Below, in pieces: positions 17,964-29,887 of a stretch of 64,000 bases of DNA. The notes beneath the pieces were generated by a model, which made no database searches, was not told the DNA's origin, and saw only the letters and a program-made list of their open reading frames with translations. The DNA lies in IMG/VR virus record IMGVR_UViG_3300013947_000022, positions 96,001 through 160,000 of that record; one strand, 5' to 3'. The first letter of the stretch is position 1; each line of letters opens with the position of its first letter. This DNA is from a virus. Taxonomy: Duplodnaviria > Caudoviricetes. A program made the translations under genes and the position numbers.

Positions 17964-18542
17964 ATGGAAAAGAAAAATTTAAAAAAGAACGAGCGGAAGA
18001 ATAAAATTGGCTCAAATAATTTTACAATAATCAACTGTGACGAAATTAACGAGCAAGAAAAAATTCGAGCGCGTACCATTGATGATATTCCTCACAAATG
18101 CAAATTTTGTGGTAAAGAAATGCGTCTATTTAAACCTGACGTATTAGCACAAATGCAAGAAGATGTTAAAGCAGAATTAGGAAGTTATACTTGCGATTGT
18201 GAAGGGTATCATAAATACTTTATTACAGTTGTTCAAGAAAGAAAAGCTCAACTTGAATACCAGAAAACAATGTATTTAATCAATAAAGCTCGACAAGAAA
18301 TCTTCTTAGAATCTGCTTTTTACAAAGATGCTGTAAAGCTTTCTCAAATTAGAGCTAAAGCACAAGAAAAAGTAGACCAACTTGGAGAAACCAAATCTAA
18401 GAAAGAAAGATACAACCAATTAGAAAATTATTTCAGTTCTGTAAGTGAATTTAATGAGGGCAGAGGAAATATTCTTGATTATTATTTCTGGCCCGTGTTT
18501 AGTACGGGAGGTCAAAATAATGAAAGCAAGCAAGCTACTTAA
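17964..18542 (+). CDS. hypothetical protein with CxxC...CxC
   Basis: CKFCG...CDC. Confidence 0.65.
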   Translation: MEKKNLKKNERKNKIGSNNFTIINCDEINEQEKIRARTIDDIPHKCKFCGKEMRLFKPDVLAQMQEDVKAELGSYTCDCEGYHKYFITVVQERKAQLEYQKTMYLINKARQEIFLESAFYKDAVKLSQIRAKAQEKVDQLGETKSKKERYNQLENYFSSVSEFNEGRGNILDYYFWPVFSTGGQNNESKQAT

Positions 18543-18856
18543 GATAGCTAAAGACATTTTTCTCAAGTGTATCACTGTGGTAACAGGATGTACAACTGGT
18601 ATTTTGGCAGGTATTTTAACAACCGCTATCGTAGTTGGGATTATTGTTCTTTGTTTTGGCTTAATTCTTTTTGGACTCGGGCTTGAATATTTTGTCTTGG
18701 CTATTCTTTCTAAAGGCGCGTGTTATCTATTAGGCATACCTTGGATGGGATGGATTAAAACACTTCTATTTTATATAGGAATGGTCATTGTACGCGATAT
18801 TTATTTTGAATTACAACCAGACAACTAACTGATTTAAAAAGGAGAATTAGTTTTAA

Positions 18857-19831
18857 ATGAATTTAACAAAAGTAAACGGTGTTAATATTATTTCAGGGTC
18901 AATAGAGGAATTTGCTATCAAAATGGTAAATTGCGCGAAGAAGAGCGTAAAAAATCATTCTACTTATGTAAACGCAAATTTTTTTGCTGGTTTTAAAGAA
19001 AACGGAGAGTATTTTACTCTTCCAGTAAATCACCTTATCTGTGATGTCGAAGCCACTTCTGTTCCGCTTGCAAAATACAATGAATTGCGAGGAAAGTTTG
19101 TGGGTGAAAAATATTTTTACAATTCCTATGTAGCTCAAGGGGGTGTACCCCAATTTTGTGGTCATGCTCTCACTACTTTCTATATTGAAAATGGTAAGTC
19201 ACATATAGAAGACTTAACTGAGCTTCGAGATACAATGACATATGCCATTGCAGGTATTCCTCTAATTAAGAATAGTAAGGATGTTATGTGGAAAGACTAT
19301 GTTAAGCCGCAAGGTTGGAGTGGTAGCGAACTTTATGCAACCTATCATACTCTTCTTGGGCTCAAGCCAAATGATAATAACATCTATATCATGAATTGGA
19401 AGTCTACTCGCAGCAATATGATTTCCCCTTATGCGGAAGCTTATTATAAGTTTAAGCCTATGGGCTTTGAAAATCTTATTAAGCTTGATGGTGGCGGTTC
19501 AGAGATTATGAAGTATGAGGGTAAGACAGTTCATGCTCTATCTGAGAATCGCATTATCAACGCAATTATCACTTTTGACCGCAAGGGACAGCAAAACGAA
19601 TACGAGGTAAACACTCACAAGTTCCCCACTCGTGTACTTGTTCGTATGTGCAAGGGTGATGATGTAAAGTGGATGCAACAGCAACTTTGCAAAGCTGGTT
19701 TCACTTGTGATATTGATGGTAGCTTTGGTTCAGCAACTTACAATACTCTAAAGGCTTATCAGAAGTCTCGTGGACTTGAAGTTGATGGCAAGTGTGGACC
19801 CGCAACTCGACAGAAACTTTCTCAGGAGTAA
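18857..19831 (+). CDS. phosphodiester glycosidase (NAGPA-like) with C-terminal peptidoglycan-binding domain
   Basis: NANFF, LDGGGS; GDDVKWMQ..DGSFG..T..YQKSRGLEVDG.CGP.T. Confidence 0.82.
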   Translation: MNLTKVNGVNIISGSIEEFAIKMVNCAKKSVKNHSTYVNANFFAGFKENGEYFTLPVNHLICDVEATSVPLAKYNELRGKFVGEKYFYNSYVAQGGVPQFCGHALTTFYIENGKSHIEDLTELRDTMTYAIAGIPLIKNSKDVMWKDYVKPQGWSGSELYATYHTLLGLKPNDNNIYIMNWKSTRSNMISPYAEAYYKFKPMGFENLIKLDGGGSEIMKYEGKTVHALSENRIINAIITFDRKGQQNEYEVNTHKFPTRVLVRMCKGDDVKWMQQQLCKAGFTCDIDGSFGSATYNTLKAYQKSRGLEVDGKCGPATRQKLSQE

Positions 19832-21242
19832 ATTATGGCAGAGAAAACTTTTACCGTTTCTTGTACAATGGAAGATAGATGGATTAATCATTTTCTATCT
19901 CTTTTAAGTTACATGGAATTTTGTGGTAAAATTGGTCATTCTTCTTTAGTTGGTTTTTATTCAGATGGAGACGGCGATTTCCGTCCAGAATTTAAAACGA
20001 ATATACAATGGGAAAAGCAATACAGCCACACCACAGAAAAAGCACCAGAATTATATTTTGACGCTGGTTAAAAATAAATTTAGGGTTTGTCAGGATTTTT
20101 TAAAAAGGTCTTGACAAACCTTTTTTTATCTGTTACAATAGGCGTATAAAAAATAAACGACCCTCTGGGAAAGGATAATTAAGATGGTTTATGAATATTC
20201 AACTGTAGTTGATTTTCCGCTTACTGAAAATTCTAATGGGTGGTATGTCACAGAAGATGCTCTAAAAAAGATGGTGCATTATTACAATACGCATTATGGT
20301 TGTAAAGCTCCTGTTATCATTGAAAGAGAAACAAAGCAAAATAATATTGTAGGAACAGTTAATTCCAATGAAAAGCTAACTATTAAACATCACAGCAAAA
20401 ACAAATGCAGTATTAAGCTTCCTGTTCTTTTGCGTACTGATTTCAATCCCAACCAGTTTTATCAGGCTGTAGACCTTTGTAATGTAAAAACCAATCCCAA
20501 TAATCCTAATGAACTTATTTCTTTTAGGATTAAAAATGTAGTTGCTATTTCCAAGGAGGAATAAAAATGAGTTATGATATTAGTTTTCGTGTAAAAGTTG
20601 AAGGCTTAGATAATGTATATGTTGAGCCTTATGGAGAAAATACTGATGCCAATATTACTTGGAACCTTCGAGAAATGATTATTAAGTCTACAGGACTTGA
20701 AAATTGGTGTGCTGAGGGGTGTCTTGGACTTTGTAAAGATATTATCCCAAATATTGCTAACGGTTTAGCCGAACTTGAGAAGTATCCTGAGAAATACAAG
20801 CAGTATGAGTCTCCAAATGGTTGGGGAACTGTCAAGGGATGTAAACATTTCTTTGGTTGGATTATAAGTGACTGGACTACTTATTGTGAAGACTATTCAA
20901 CAGAAAGTCTTGCAGATGTAACGTATTTTTATATTTGTTAAAGGAGAAATAAAATGAAATATAATTTCTTTGAAGAAAAAATTAATAATGCTTATGAATG
21001 GTTTGCTTTTTGGGGTATTTGGACTTTAATTACTTTAATCAAATCCATCTTCGCACCCCATAATGTAATTATTAATGGATATTGTTTTCACAATCTTCTA
21101 TGGTATGTCGCAAGCATTATTTATTTCATTGTTGCTTGCCATTATCATTGGCATTATTTTGAAGCTTATTATCATCTACATGATATTAATGACATGAACA
21201 ATTATACAGCTTCTTTGAGCCGTTGGATTGCGGAGAGAAATC

Positions 21243-21626
21243 GTGACCTTTCCTAAGAAAATTCGAGAACAAGTTTATAATAAATATGATGGCCATTGTG
21301 CATATTGTGGTCGTAAAATTGAATATAAAGATATGCAGATTGACCATTTCATTCCTCAGAGACGGTGGAACACAGAACGGAGCAATGATATTAACAATCT
21401 AATGCCAAGTTGTAGGTCTTGTAATCATTATAAGCGTGCTCATTCTCTTGAAACATTCCGCAGATATATTTTTGAAATTCCAAAAAAGCTCAAAGAAAAT
21501 TATATTTATAAAATTGGATTAATTTATGGGAATGTTATTGAAAACGAGCACCCAATCAAATTTTATTATGAGGAATGCGAGAAGAAGAAACATCATGACT
21601 TTAGCCGAGTTAAAAAAGATTGTTGA
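21243..21626 (+). CDS. HNH endonuclease
   Basis: CAYCG...IDHFIP...NNLMPSCRSCNHYK. Confidence 0.88.
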   Translation: MTFPKKIREQVYNKYDGHCAYCGRKIEYKDMQIDHFIPQRRWNTERSNDINNLMPSCRSCNHYKRAHSLETFRRYIFEIPKKLKENYIYKIGLIYGNVIENEHPIKFYYEECEKKKHHDFSRVKKDC

Positions 21627-21960
21627 TAGTTACTGTGAAAATAAATATACAAATCCAGAAGAAGTTAATTTAATTATTACTCTTGATGAAATGTCAATAG
21701 GCCCTCGTGCTGGAACAGGTGTGGAAAATGCTTTTATGGGGTTCGATTGGGAACATAATCAATTCCGCATTCAACCCAAAGATAAACTTGTCCGATATAA
21801 TAAGTAGAGAGATATTCCAAAAAGAATTATTTATTATAAAGCTCAAGGTACTTATTGTTGTACTACTTGTCAACATCCTATGAAGAAAACAGAAGCCAAA
21901 AATAATAATTATTGCCCTTATTGTGGGCAGAAACTTTCGGGTGAAATTTTGCTCATTTGA
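21595..21960 (+). CDS. protein with C-terminal zinc ribbon; needs TAG(21805) read as sense
   Basis: Readthrough adds CTTC...YCPYCGQKL and fills the gap to the next gene. Confidence 0.72.
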
Positions 21961-22958
21961 CAAAAGGAGTATAAACATGAAAATTAATCGCTATAAGCTC
22001 ACTCCCGATTTTATTAATTTAACTCAGGAAAAACAGATTGAGTTTCTTCTTACAAATGATTTCAAAGAGGGATTTTGGGGTGCTCAAGAAGATGGTAGAG
22101 AGCATCTTTGGTACAGCTCTCAAAACTTCGTTATACATGGTTCTATTGATTGTAATGTAACTGTTGACCTTTTACATCTTGATGAGTGGAACGATTATGA
22201 CTACATTGCCATTGACGATGATGATTTTGGTCAGTATTATCAACCGTTTTATGACTGTATGATTGGCAAAAAGCAAATTGGAAAATGGGAATTTATGTCA
22301 AAATGCGCTCAAAAATACAACGAAAAAATGGCAAAATTTTGTGATATTCAACTTCTTATGCTGGGAGAATATCCACAAGGAGAGTAAAATGAACAATACT
22401 TTTGAATATGTGTTAAATACTATTGACTCTAATGATTTTCGTAATGCGTATTATGATGCGAATGAAGAGGAAAAGAAACTGTTTTTTGAGCTACTTATTA
22501 AAAAGTTATATGACGCAGTTTACTAAATACTAACATTTCATTTGTTAGTATGAAATAAAAATGTTACTAAAGGAGATAAAGATGGAAACTTTGTATGATT
22601 CTATTTGCAATCTAACAAAAATCGGTTTTATTGGATTTTGTAATGAATTTGAATCTTCTGAATATTATCAACCAATTATGGAACTGATAAGAGAAGCAGC
22701 AAACAAAGGCAAAGATGAAGTTAGTATCTGTATTTTAACTAAAGATTACGAAAAATTTTATCCTGAAAATTGCCCCGAAAAGTATGTAATCGCAAAAGAT
22801 AGATTGCATTTAGATTGTCTTTTTGAAGATGCCCAACTGTATTTTTATGGCAATGGATTCAAAGCATGGGTATCGAACAAGAGCAGTACAAAGGGGACTC
22901 TTTGTATTAAATGGATTAATCTAATTCGAAAAAATTGCATTGACGGAGACGAAAACTA

Positions 22959-23366
22959 ATGCCGTCTGAAAAAACTATTCAATCTTATTTTGCTAAAGCC
23001 AAAAAAGCGTCCAAACAGGCGACTTATCCGAAGCAGAAAATTGGTTCTGTGATGGTTTATTCTGGGAAAGTTATAGCCATCGGATATAATACTTTTAAGA
23101 CCAATCCTCTACAAAAGTATTACAATAAATATCGTTTCGCTTCTGACTCTCGTAACAATGGTTTGGTTCATGCTGAAACGATGTTGCTTTTGAAAACCAG
23201 ATTCCTTGATTTAGATTGGAGTAGGGTTTCTATTTATACTTACAGGGAATATAAAGACGGAACTTTAGCTTTGGCAAGACCTTGTATTGCGTGTCAGACA
23301 GCATTGGAAGAAAGAGGTATTACAAATATTTATTACACTACTCCGAAAGGATGGAAAAAACTATGA
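22959..23366 (+). CDS. cytidine/dCMP deaminase-family protein
   Basis: HAE...RPCIAC zinc motif. Confidence 0.88.
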   Translation: MPSEKTIQSYFAKAKKASKQATYPKQKIGSVMVYSGKVIAIGYNTFKTNPLQKYYNKYRFASDSRNNGLVHAETMLLLKTRFLDLDWSRVSIYTYREYKDGTLALARPCIACQTALEERGITNIYYTTPKGWKKL

Positions 23367-23994
23367 CACTTGAGGTAATTAAAATTGCGATTTTATCTGT
23401 CCTGTTTTGGCAGTTAATCAGTTGTATTGCCGTTTTGATAAACGAAGATAAGGGAATCTATTTCGCAATTTGTATTCCTGCGCTTCTTCTTGAGTGCTTT
23501 GGTTGGGTATATCGTAAGATTTCCCTAAAATATGTACAAAAACATTACTGCCGTGTTGGAGTTCGTTCTGAAAAATATACTGGACCTATCCCTATTTTCA
23601 CTTTTTATTGTACTCATAAACAGTATGAAAAGTTTTATCACAAAGGAGAAAACGAGCATTATATTGACTTTCTAAAAGATGGCTCAACATTTAAATCTAC
23701 TCCTTTTAAAAACGAATACTACCGAGGACAGGAAAGTTTTGCTGGTTATAAAGACTTCAAAGAAAAATTTATAAATCCTAATAAGTAACACTTGACAACC
23801 TTTTATTAGTATGCTATAATCAAAGCAAACTAATAGGAGGTTGTTTTTATGACAAACGGTGATATTTATTTCAATCCTTTCTTTGGTGACTTATGGATTG
23901 TCGTTAATGACACTCAAATTAGAAAAATTAATGATTCCTATACTGAGGATTTTGATAATGTAATTGGTTTCAAGAAAGTAGGTCATGTTGATTT

Positions 23995-24945
23995 ATGAGA
24001 GTGTTATCGCTTTTTGATGGAATTTGTTGCGGACATTTAGCTCTTGAAAGAGCAGAAATTAAGATTGATTCTTACGATGCTTATGAAATTGAACCTAATG
24101 CAATTAAAGCTACTCAGGCTAATTTCCCTGATGTTGTTCATCATGGAGACGTAACAAAAGAGGATTTTACAAAATATAAAGGTAAGGTTGATATTATTAT
24201 TGGAGGTTTTCCTTGCATGGACGTTTCTATGGCGGGCAAGGGAGCTGGCTTAAAAGGGGCGCGAAGTGGACTATTTTATGAATTTCTTCGTGCTATGGAA
24301 GAATGTCAGCCGAAATATTTTCTTGTTGAAAACGTTGTAATGAAAAAAGAGTGGGAAGACATTATTACTTCTTGTCTTGGTGTAGAGCCCATTGAAATCA
24401 ATTCTTCTCTTGTTTCAGCACAAAATCGTCGCAGACTTTATTGGACTAATATCCCCAATGTAACTCAACCAGAAGACCGTGGAATTAAGCTTGAGTATAT
24501 CCTTGATGATGTTGAATTCAAGAATTATAAAAATCCTGCTGCTATTCGAGGTCGTAGACTAAATAAAGCTACTATTGTCGGTCGTAGACTTGATGAAAAT
24601 GGACATAGACAAGATTACGATAAGTCTATTCCTATTTCTCAATGTCTTGAAGTTCGCGCTTCAAATACGGATAAGTCAAATTGTCTCACTACTGTGGACA
24701 AAGATAATGTTCTTACGCCACTTCCAGTAGGCAGATACCCAGATGCTTTTAAGAACAACCTACCTTTCAGATATTATACAACTAAAGAAATGTGCCGTTT
24801 ACAGACTTTGCCTGACTCTTTTCTTAATATGATTCCTGATAGTGCTGCTCGAAAAGCTCTTGGCAATGGTTGGACAGTTAATGTTATCGCTCATATTTTC
24901 AGTTTTCTGCCTGATGAATACAAGCTTCCAGAGGAATTTGTATGA
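23995..24945 (+). CDS. dcm: C5-cytosine DNA methyltransferase
   Basis: LSLFDG, GGFPC, VENV, AQNRRR, LGNGW. Confidence 0.9.
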   Translation: MRVLSLFDGICCGHLALERAEIKIDSYDAYEIEPNAIKATQANFPDVVHHGDVTKEDFTKYKGKVDIIIGGFPCMDVSMAGKGAGLKGARSGLFYEFLRAMEECQPKYFLVENVVMKKEWEDIITSCLGVEPIEINSSLVSAQNRRRLYWTNIPNVTQPEDRGIKLEYILDDVEFKNYKNPAAIRGRRLNKATIVGRRLDENGHRQDYDKSIPISQCLEVRASNTDKSNCLTTVDKDNVLTPLPVGRYPDAFKNNLPFRYYTTKEMCRLQTLPDSFLNMIPDSAARKALGNGWTVNVIAHIFSFLPDEYKLPEEFV

Positions 24946-25521
24946 AAATTATTGTAGATAGTTTGCCCTCTTATTGCGGAGATTGTGTTTTTTGTTCTGA
25001 TTTTTATTATGATGTGTGCGACATTAGTAAAAGGGATTGCCCATTATCAAGATTGGAAGAATGTCCTTATCTTATGACTATTGATAGTTATCTATCTGAG
25101 GTAAATCATGGAGAATAATGAAATCAAATTATTGTATGCTAAAGATGCAATTTTTAAGCTAATTGGTCAATATTGTCGTTGCTTCAAGGGAGATGATGAC
25201 AAATATTATATGAGTGATTATTATGAAAGTGCATTAGAAAGAAGCTTTGAAGTGCTTGGTTTTGATAAAGATGAAGTCCCTCTAATGGAATTCTGTCAAG
25301 CATGGGAGGATAACAATAGGCAAATTTGGAATGTTAATCTTTCTGATATGGAATATGGGGGATTAAAAGCTAAAGATTATTACGATTTTTTTGTTGAAGA
25401 TTATAGTAAATTTACAGTAGCCTATGACACTTTTATAAAGAAAGCGAAAGGAAAATAAATGGTTTAACAGATAATTGGCACAACCAAATAAAAACTAACT
25501 TTTATTTTGAGGTAATTTTAA

Positions 25522-25893
25522 ATGACACATGAACAGTTTAACCGTCTTGTTGACGAACTTGAAAATACTCGCGTAAAGACACTCAAGGAAAAGAATGCTC
25601 GCTATTCTCAGCCCGACGATGCACTTCACAATTTTGATGAAGGTGCTAAGATTATGTCCTGCACCTCCGCTCAGTGCGCTTGGAATTATGCAACAAAGCA
25701 CATTATTGCTCTTCGTGATATGGTTCTAAATAATAATTTTTCCAATCGAGATGATGTGCTTGAAAAGATTCAGGATATTCAGAACTATCTTACTTTTATT
25801 TGGTGCATTTCTGAGGAAGAGCGTGAGAAGCTAACAAGATACGAAGTCTCAGCAAATAGTGAGAATACTTCTGCAAAGACAAAGAAAAAGTAA
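25522..25893 (+). CDS. hypothetical protein (possible helical nucleotide pyrophosphatase-like)
   Basis: KNARY...ALHNF...KH...D..NY pattern. Confidence 0.55.
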   Translation: MTHEQFNRLVDELENTRVKTLKEKNARYSQPDDALHNFDEGAKIMSCTSAQCAWNYATKHIIALRDMVLNNNFSNRDDVLEKIQDIQNYLTFIWCISEEEREKLTRYEVSANSENTSAKTKKK

Positions 25894-25954
25894 AAATATT
25901 TTTCAAATACCACTTGACAAACCCTTTGTTGAGTGGTATACTCTTAACATAAAG

Positions 25955-25988
25955 CGACCGACTCAGCAAAAATTTTAATGCGGTCGAG
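25955..25988 (+). promoter_or_regulatory. 5'-UTR copy of the Y-like RNA module (candidate autoregulatory site)
   Basis: CGACCG-ACTCAGCAA...CGGTCGAG between promoter (25914/25937) and the GGAG SD. Confidence 0.75.
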
Positions 25989-26001
25989 AATGGAGAATAA
26001 T

Positions 26002-27690
26002 ATGTATAAGAACAATATTTCTAAGACTAACAAGGCTTGGGCTCCTAAGCCTGAGAAGCCTATGCGTCAGAAGTCTGGCAAAGAGAAGTTTTTTGACAAG
26101 ATGGAAAAGACCAACAAGGGCTTCTATGCTCGTGCCGTTGTTCCCAAGTCTCTTCCTGATAATATGACCTACACTACCAATGGAGCTGTGGCATATTCTA
26201 CCACTTCTTCTGCACTTTTGGATATGTTCACTAAGCTGGTAAGCTATCGTTCGCTGGACGAGAAGCAGATTGTCACTGATTGGCGTAAGGCTTTCAATGA
26301 GAATCCTCGTCTTGCTATGCGTTTCCTTGGCTATGCAATGGACGTGAGAAAGGGCGCGGGAGAGCGTCGTTTCACCCAGATTGTCATTCGTGACATGGTG
26401 AAGAACGGTGGTGCAAGCATTGCTGCGAAGCTCGTTCCTCTGATTGGTGAATATTCTCGTTATGATATGCTTTACCAGTTCCGTGGTAACTACACCTCTG
26501 AAAAGGCAGTTCGTGACTTCATCACTAAGCAGTTTGCGGAAGATATGGAAAACATGAAGCAGAACAAGTCTATTTCGCTTCTTAGCAAGTGGCTGGATAA
26601 GGCCAACTCCCATTCTAAGCAGACTCGTAATAATGGTCTGTGGACTGCAAAACAGTTGAATATGACTGAACGTAACTATCGCAAGGCTCTGTCTGCTCTT
26701 CGTAAATACCTTGATGTTGTTGAACGCAAGATGTCTTCGGATAATTGGGCCGCTATCGACTATGAAACTGTTCCCTCTAAGGCAAATCTTAACTATAACA
26801 AGGCATTCCTGCGCCATGACACTGAACGTCGTCAGGCATTCCTTAACGCACTCAAGACTGGCGAAGCTAAGATTAACGCTTCTGTTGCAAATCCTTGTGA
26901 TATTGTCAACAAGTATATGAATCAGAATAGTCGTTGGTACGGTCTTCCCAGTCATACTGATGATACTCTTGAGGGTATGTGGAAGGCTCTGCCTGACATG
27001 ATTCCTAATGATAAGGGTATGTTGGTTGTTTGTGACTGTTCTGGTTCTATGCAGAGTGACATTGGCGGTAACACGAATATGCGTTGCATTGATGTCGCTA
27101 CCTCTCTTGCCATTTACTGTGCTGACCACCTCAAGGGAGCTTTTGCAAACAAGTATATCACCTTTAGCGCTGACCCGCATATTGTGCGCTTCAAGGATGA
27201 TGATACTCTTTGCAATAAGCTTAAGAAGACTTATGAATGTCAGGATTGTTCCAATACCAATCTTGAGAAGGTCTTTAACCTGATTCTTAAGACTGCCATT
27301 GACAATCACTCTCCTCAGTCTGACCTGCCTGAGCGTATTCTCATTGTTTCTGATGGTGAGTTTGACTCTATGTGCGATGCTCAGAATACTGTCAACCATT
27401 ATGGTTGGAGCAATTCTCGCACTCCTGTTGATAAAACGTTTATGCAGAACATTGCACAGCGTTTCAAGAATGCTGGGTATAAGGTACCTACGATTTGTTT
27501 CTGGCGCGTAAATACCAGAAATTCCACTGCTCTGCCTTTCAAGGTTGATGAGCGAGGCATTATGGTGAGTGGCTACAGTGCAAATCTCCTTAAAATGGTT
27601 TTGTCTGATAAGACCAATCCTATGGAAGCTCTTCTGGAACAGCTTAATGTTTCTCGTTACGATTGCTTCGAGGCGGCATATGGCGCATAA
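26002..27690 (+). CDS. DUF2828-family protein (TROVE/Ro60-like helical domain + vWA)
   Basis: TTNGAVAY, DVRKGAGERR, SKW, YRK.LS.LR..LDVVE.KMS..W..IDY..VPS.A, MIDAS DCSGSM, TN, SDGEFD, FW.V. Confidence 0.85.
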   Translation: MYKNNISKTNKAWAPKPEKPMRQKSGKEKFFDKMEKTNKGFYARAVVPKSLPDNMTYTTNGAVAYSTTSSALLDMFTKLVSYRSLDEKQIVTDWRKAFNENPRLAMRFLGYAMDVRKGAGERRFTQIVIRDMVKNGGASIAAKLVPLIGEYSRYDMLYQFRGNYTSEKAVRDFITKQFAEDMENMKQNKSISLLSKWLDKANSHSKQTRNNGLWTAKQLNMTERNYRKALSALRKYLDVVERKMSSDNWAAIDYETVPSKANLNYNKAFLRHDTERRQAFLNALKTGEAKINASVANPCDIVNKYMNQNSRWYGLPSHTDDTLEGMWKALPDMIPNDKGMLVVCDCSGSMQSDIGGNTNMRCIDVATSLAIYCADHLKGAFANKYITFSADPHIVRFKDDDTLCNKLKKTYECQDCSNTNLEKVFNLILKTAIDNHSPQSDLPERILIVSDGEFDSMCDAQNTVNHYGWSNSRTPVDKTFMQNIAQRFKNAGYKVPTICFWRVNTRNSTALPFKVDERGIMVSGYSANLLKMVLSDKTNPMEALLEQLNVSRYDCFEAAYGA

Positions 27691-27694
27691 CTCA

Positions 27695-27722
27695 AAAGGG
27701 TAGGTTTTCCTACCCTTTTGTT
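27695..27722 (+). terminator. intrinsic terminator
   Basis: AAAAGGGTAGG-TTTT-CCTACCCTTTT. Confidence 0.75.
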
Positions 27723-29036
27723 CTAAAAGGAGTACACTAATGTTTGATAAAACCTATCTTTTATCTCCTCAAGGTCAGGCCGATTACAAGGCATGGATTA
27801 AAAAACTAACAGATATTGCCGCTAAAGAAGTTGGCGTTTCTGCAACCGTAGATGATGATGGTGAACCTGTCCTTATGCTTATGCGAGGTAAAAATGCTGT
27901 TCCAGAATCTATGCGAGATGAAAACGCCAATCTTTATGTAATTAAAGTTACCATTGAAATTAAAGATATTCTAATGCGAGAACTTGAAGAAGTAGAACTA
28001 ACAATTAGAAATTATAATTTCCCCAAAGAAGCTTTACCCGAAGTCTACGAAGGGGTAGAAGAATCTATTATCTCTTTTTTAAAGACTCGTTTCACAGAGC
28101 GCGAAGAAATTCTTCGTAAGGCAGAACAAGAAAATAAATTTAAAATTTACGATTTCTTTGATTCCGACAAAAAGGAGAAACCCAATGAAGATTCAACAGG
28201 TAGTAAACAATCCTGACCTCATTGTAATTGATGGTCGTTGGCGAATTTCTCTCTCCACTGGTGAGATAACTAATTTTGATGGGACCAAAGCATACGACCC
28301 TCCCGAATATGTTTTTAAATTTCGTGATGAAGCATTAGCTGGAAAGTGAGTATATTATGGAATATATTTCAAAAAATGATTTGTTTGAAAAACTTGAGGA
28401 CGCTATTTGTGACGTTTTTAATTATGCTGACGATTATCCTGAATATACAAGAAGTGGTTTTTCAAGAGAACTTGTGAGCGAAATTATCGACTCTCTTCCA
28501 ACCATTACTCTTCCTGACGATTAAAAATATTTTAAAAAACTCTTGACAAATGCCTTTTGGTATGTTACTATTAAAGCATACCAAAAGGTTATTTCTTTTT
28601 AAGGAGTTTATATATGTTTTCGATTGAAACTGCTATTGTTGATGAGATTGTAAGATATAATAAAGTAGATTGTCCCTTTACTCTTTCAAGTGATACTAAA
28701 GAAGCTCTTAAAGTGACAGTTGATAGAAGTTTTAAAGATGATTATAATCTTCCGATTCTTTGGAGGTTACATAAAACAGCTTTTTCTACAACAGACTTTC
28801 CCGCTTATCAATTTCAAATTTTTAGTTTTAAAAGGTTAAGTTGGGAAAACTGTTGCCGAAGATTAGTTGATATTAGTGAATGGCAAGAATATATGAAGAA
28901 TAATCTCACCCTTGGATTTAATCGTGGAGCAATTCAATATGACACTCTCATTAGTAATGCGAAAGAGTTTCTTAAGAGAGAAGAGGGTTGCGTAATCTAT
29001 GACGCAACAACCACACCAGAATGGAGGACAAAAGAA

Positions 29037-29620
29037 TGATTCAAATTCGTGATAATGTGTTTGAGACAAATTCTTCTTCAACACATTCACTTTGTATTTC
29101 CAAAGAAAAATTCGACCCTAAAAACATTCCCGATTATCTTAATATTACTGCCGACGAAGATTTCGGTTGGAGTAGAGATACCTATAGCACAGCAGAAGAA
29201 AAAGCGAATTATATTTTTGAGGTTATGTGCAAATGTGGCCTAATGGCTGAAATTAAAGACTTCAAAAACAAAATTAAAAAGCTTGGAATTAAAGCCAGCT
29301 ATCCACGTCTTATTAAGGACAAATGGGGAGATATTGCTATTAGTGGTGATGTAGACCACGCAGGAGAAGTTATTCCTTTTATTCACGAACTTCTAAAGGA
29401 CGAGGATAAACTTTGTCGTTTTCTTTTTGACTACAAGAGCGTTATTTACACTGGTAGTGACTGCGTAGATGATTCTGATGCGGCTTGTTATGTTGCGGAA
29501 GTGGCAGAAAATAATGGATATACTTGGGGACAAGATGAAAACGGCGAGTGGAATGAAACTCATCATATCCATCCCATGTATGACCCTGACCACTATGAAT
29601 ATTTCTTTAAGGGGAACTAA
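29037..29620 (+). CDS. FETNSSS-motif protein 1
   Basis: MIQIRDNVFETNSSSTHSL. Confidence 0.75.
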
Positions 29621-29887
29621 AAAATGTATAATAAAATTGACCGTCTTGGCACTCGCATTTACGCCGTAACTTTTCTTGAGTATACCAACCCTTTAAAAGA
29701 TTGTGTAGCTTTTAATCCGACAGACGAAATTGGAAAAGCAGAATATATTCATACCGAGCCACGCACAGGAACAATTCTTGTGAGTGAGGCTCATATTGAC
29801 AGCATTAAAAAGTTTGGTATTAAAGATTTGAACTTTGTAGGCTATCTCCCTGATAATCTTTTCTATCTTTAATTGAGGTAAATTAAA

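Noticed and set aside
25975-27399. 474-aa minus-strand ORF
   Set aside because: Shadow of the codon-biased DUF2828 gene; no motifs or clear SD
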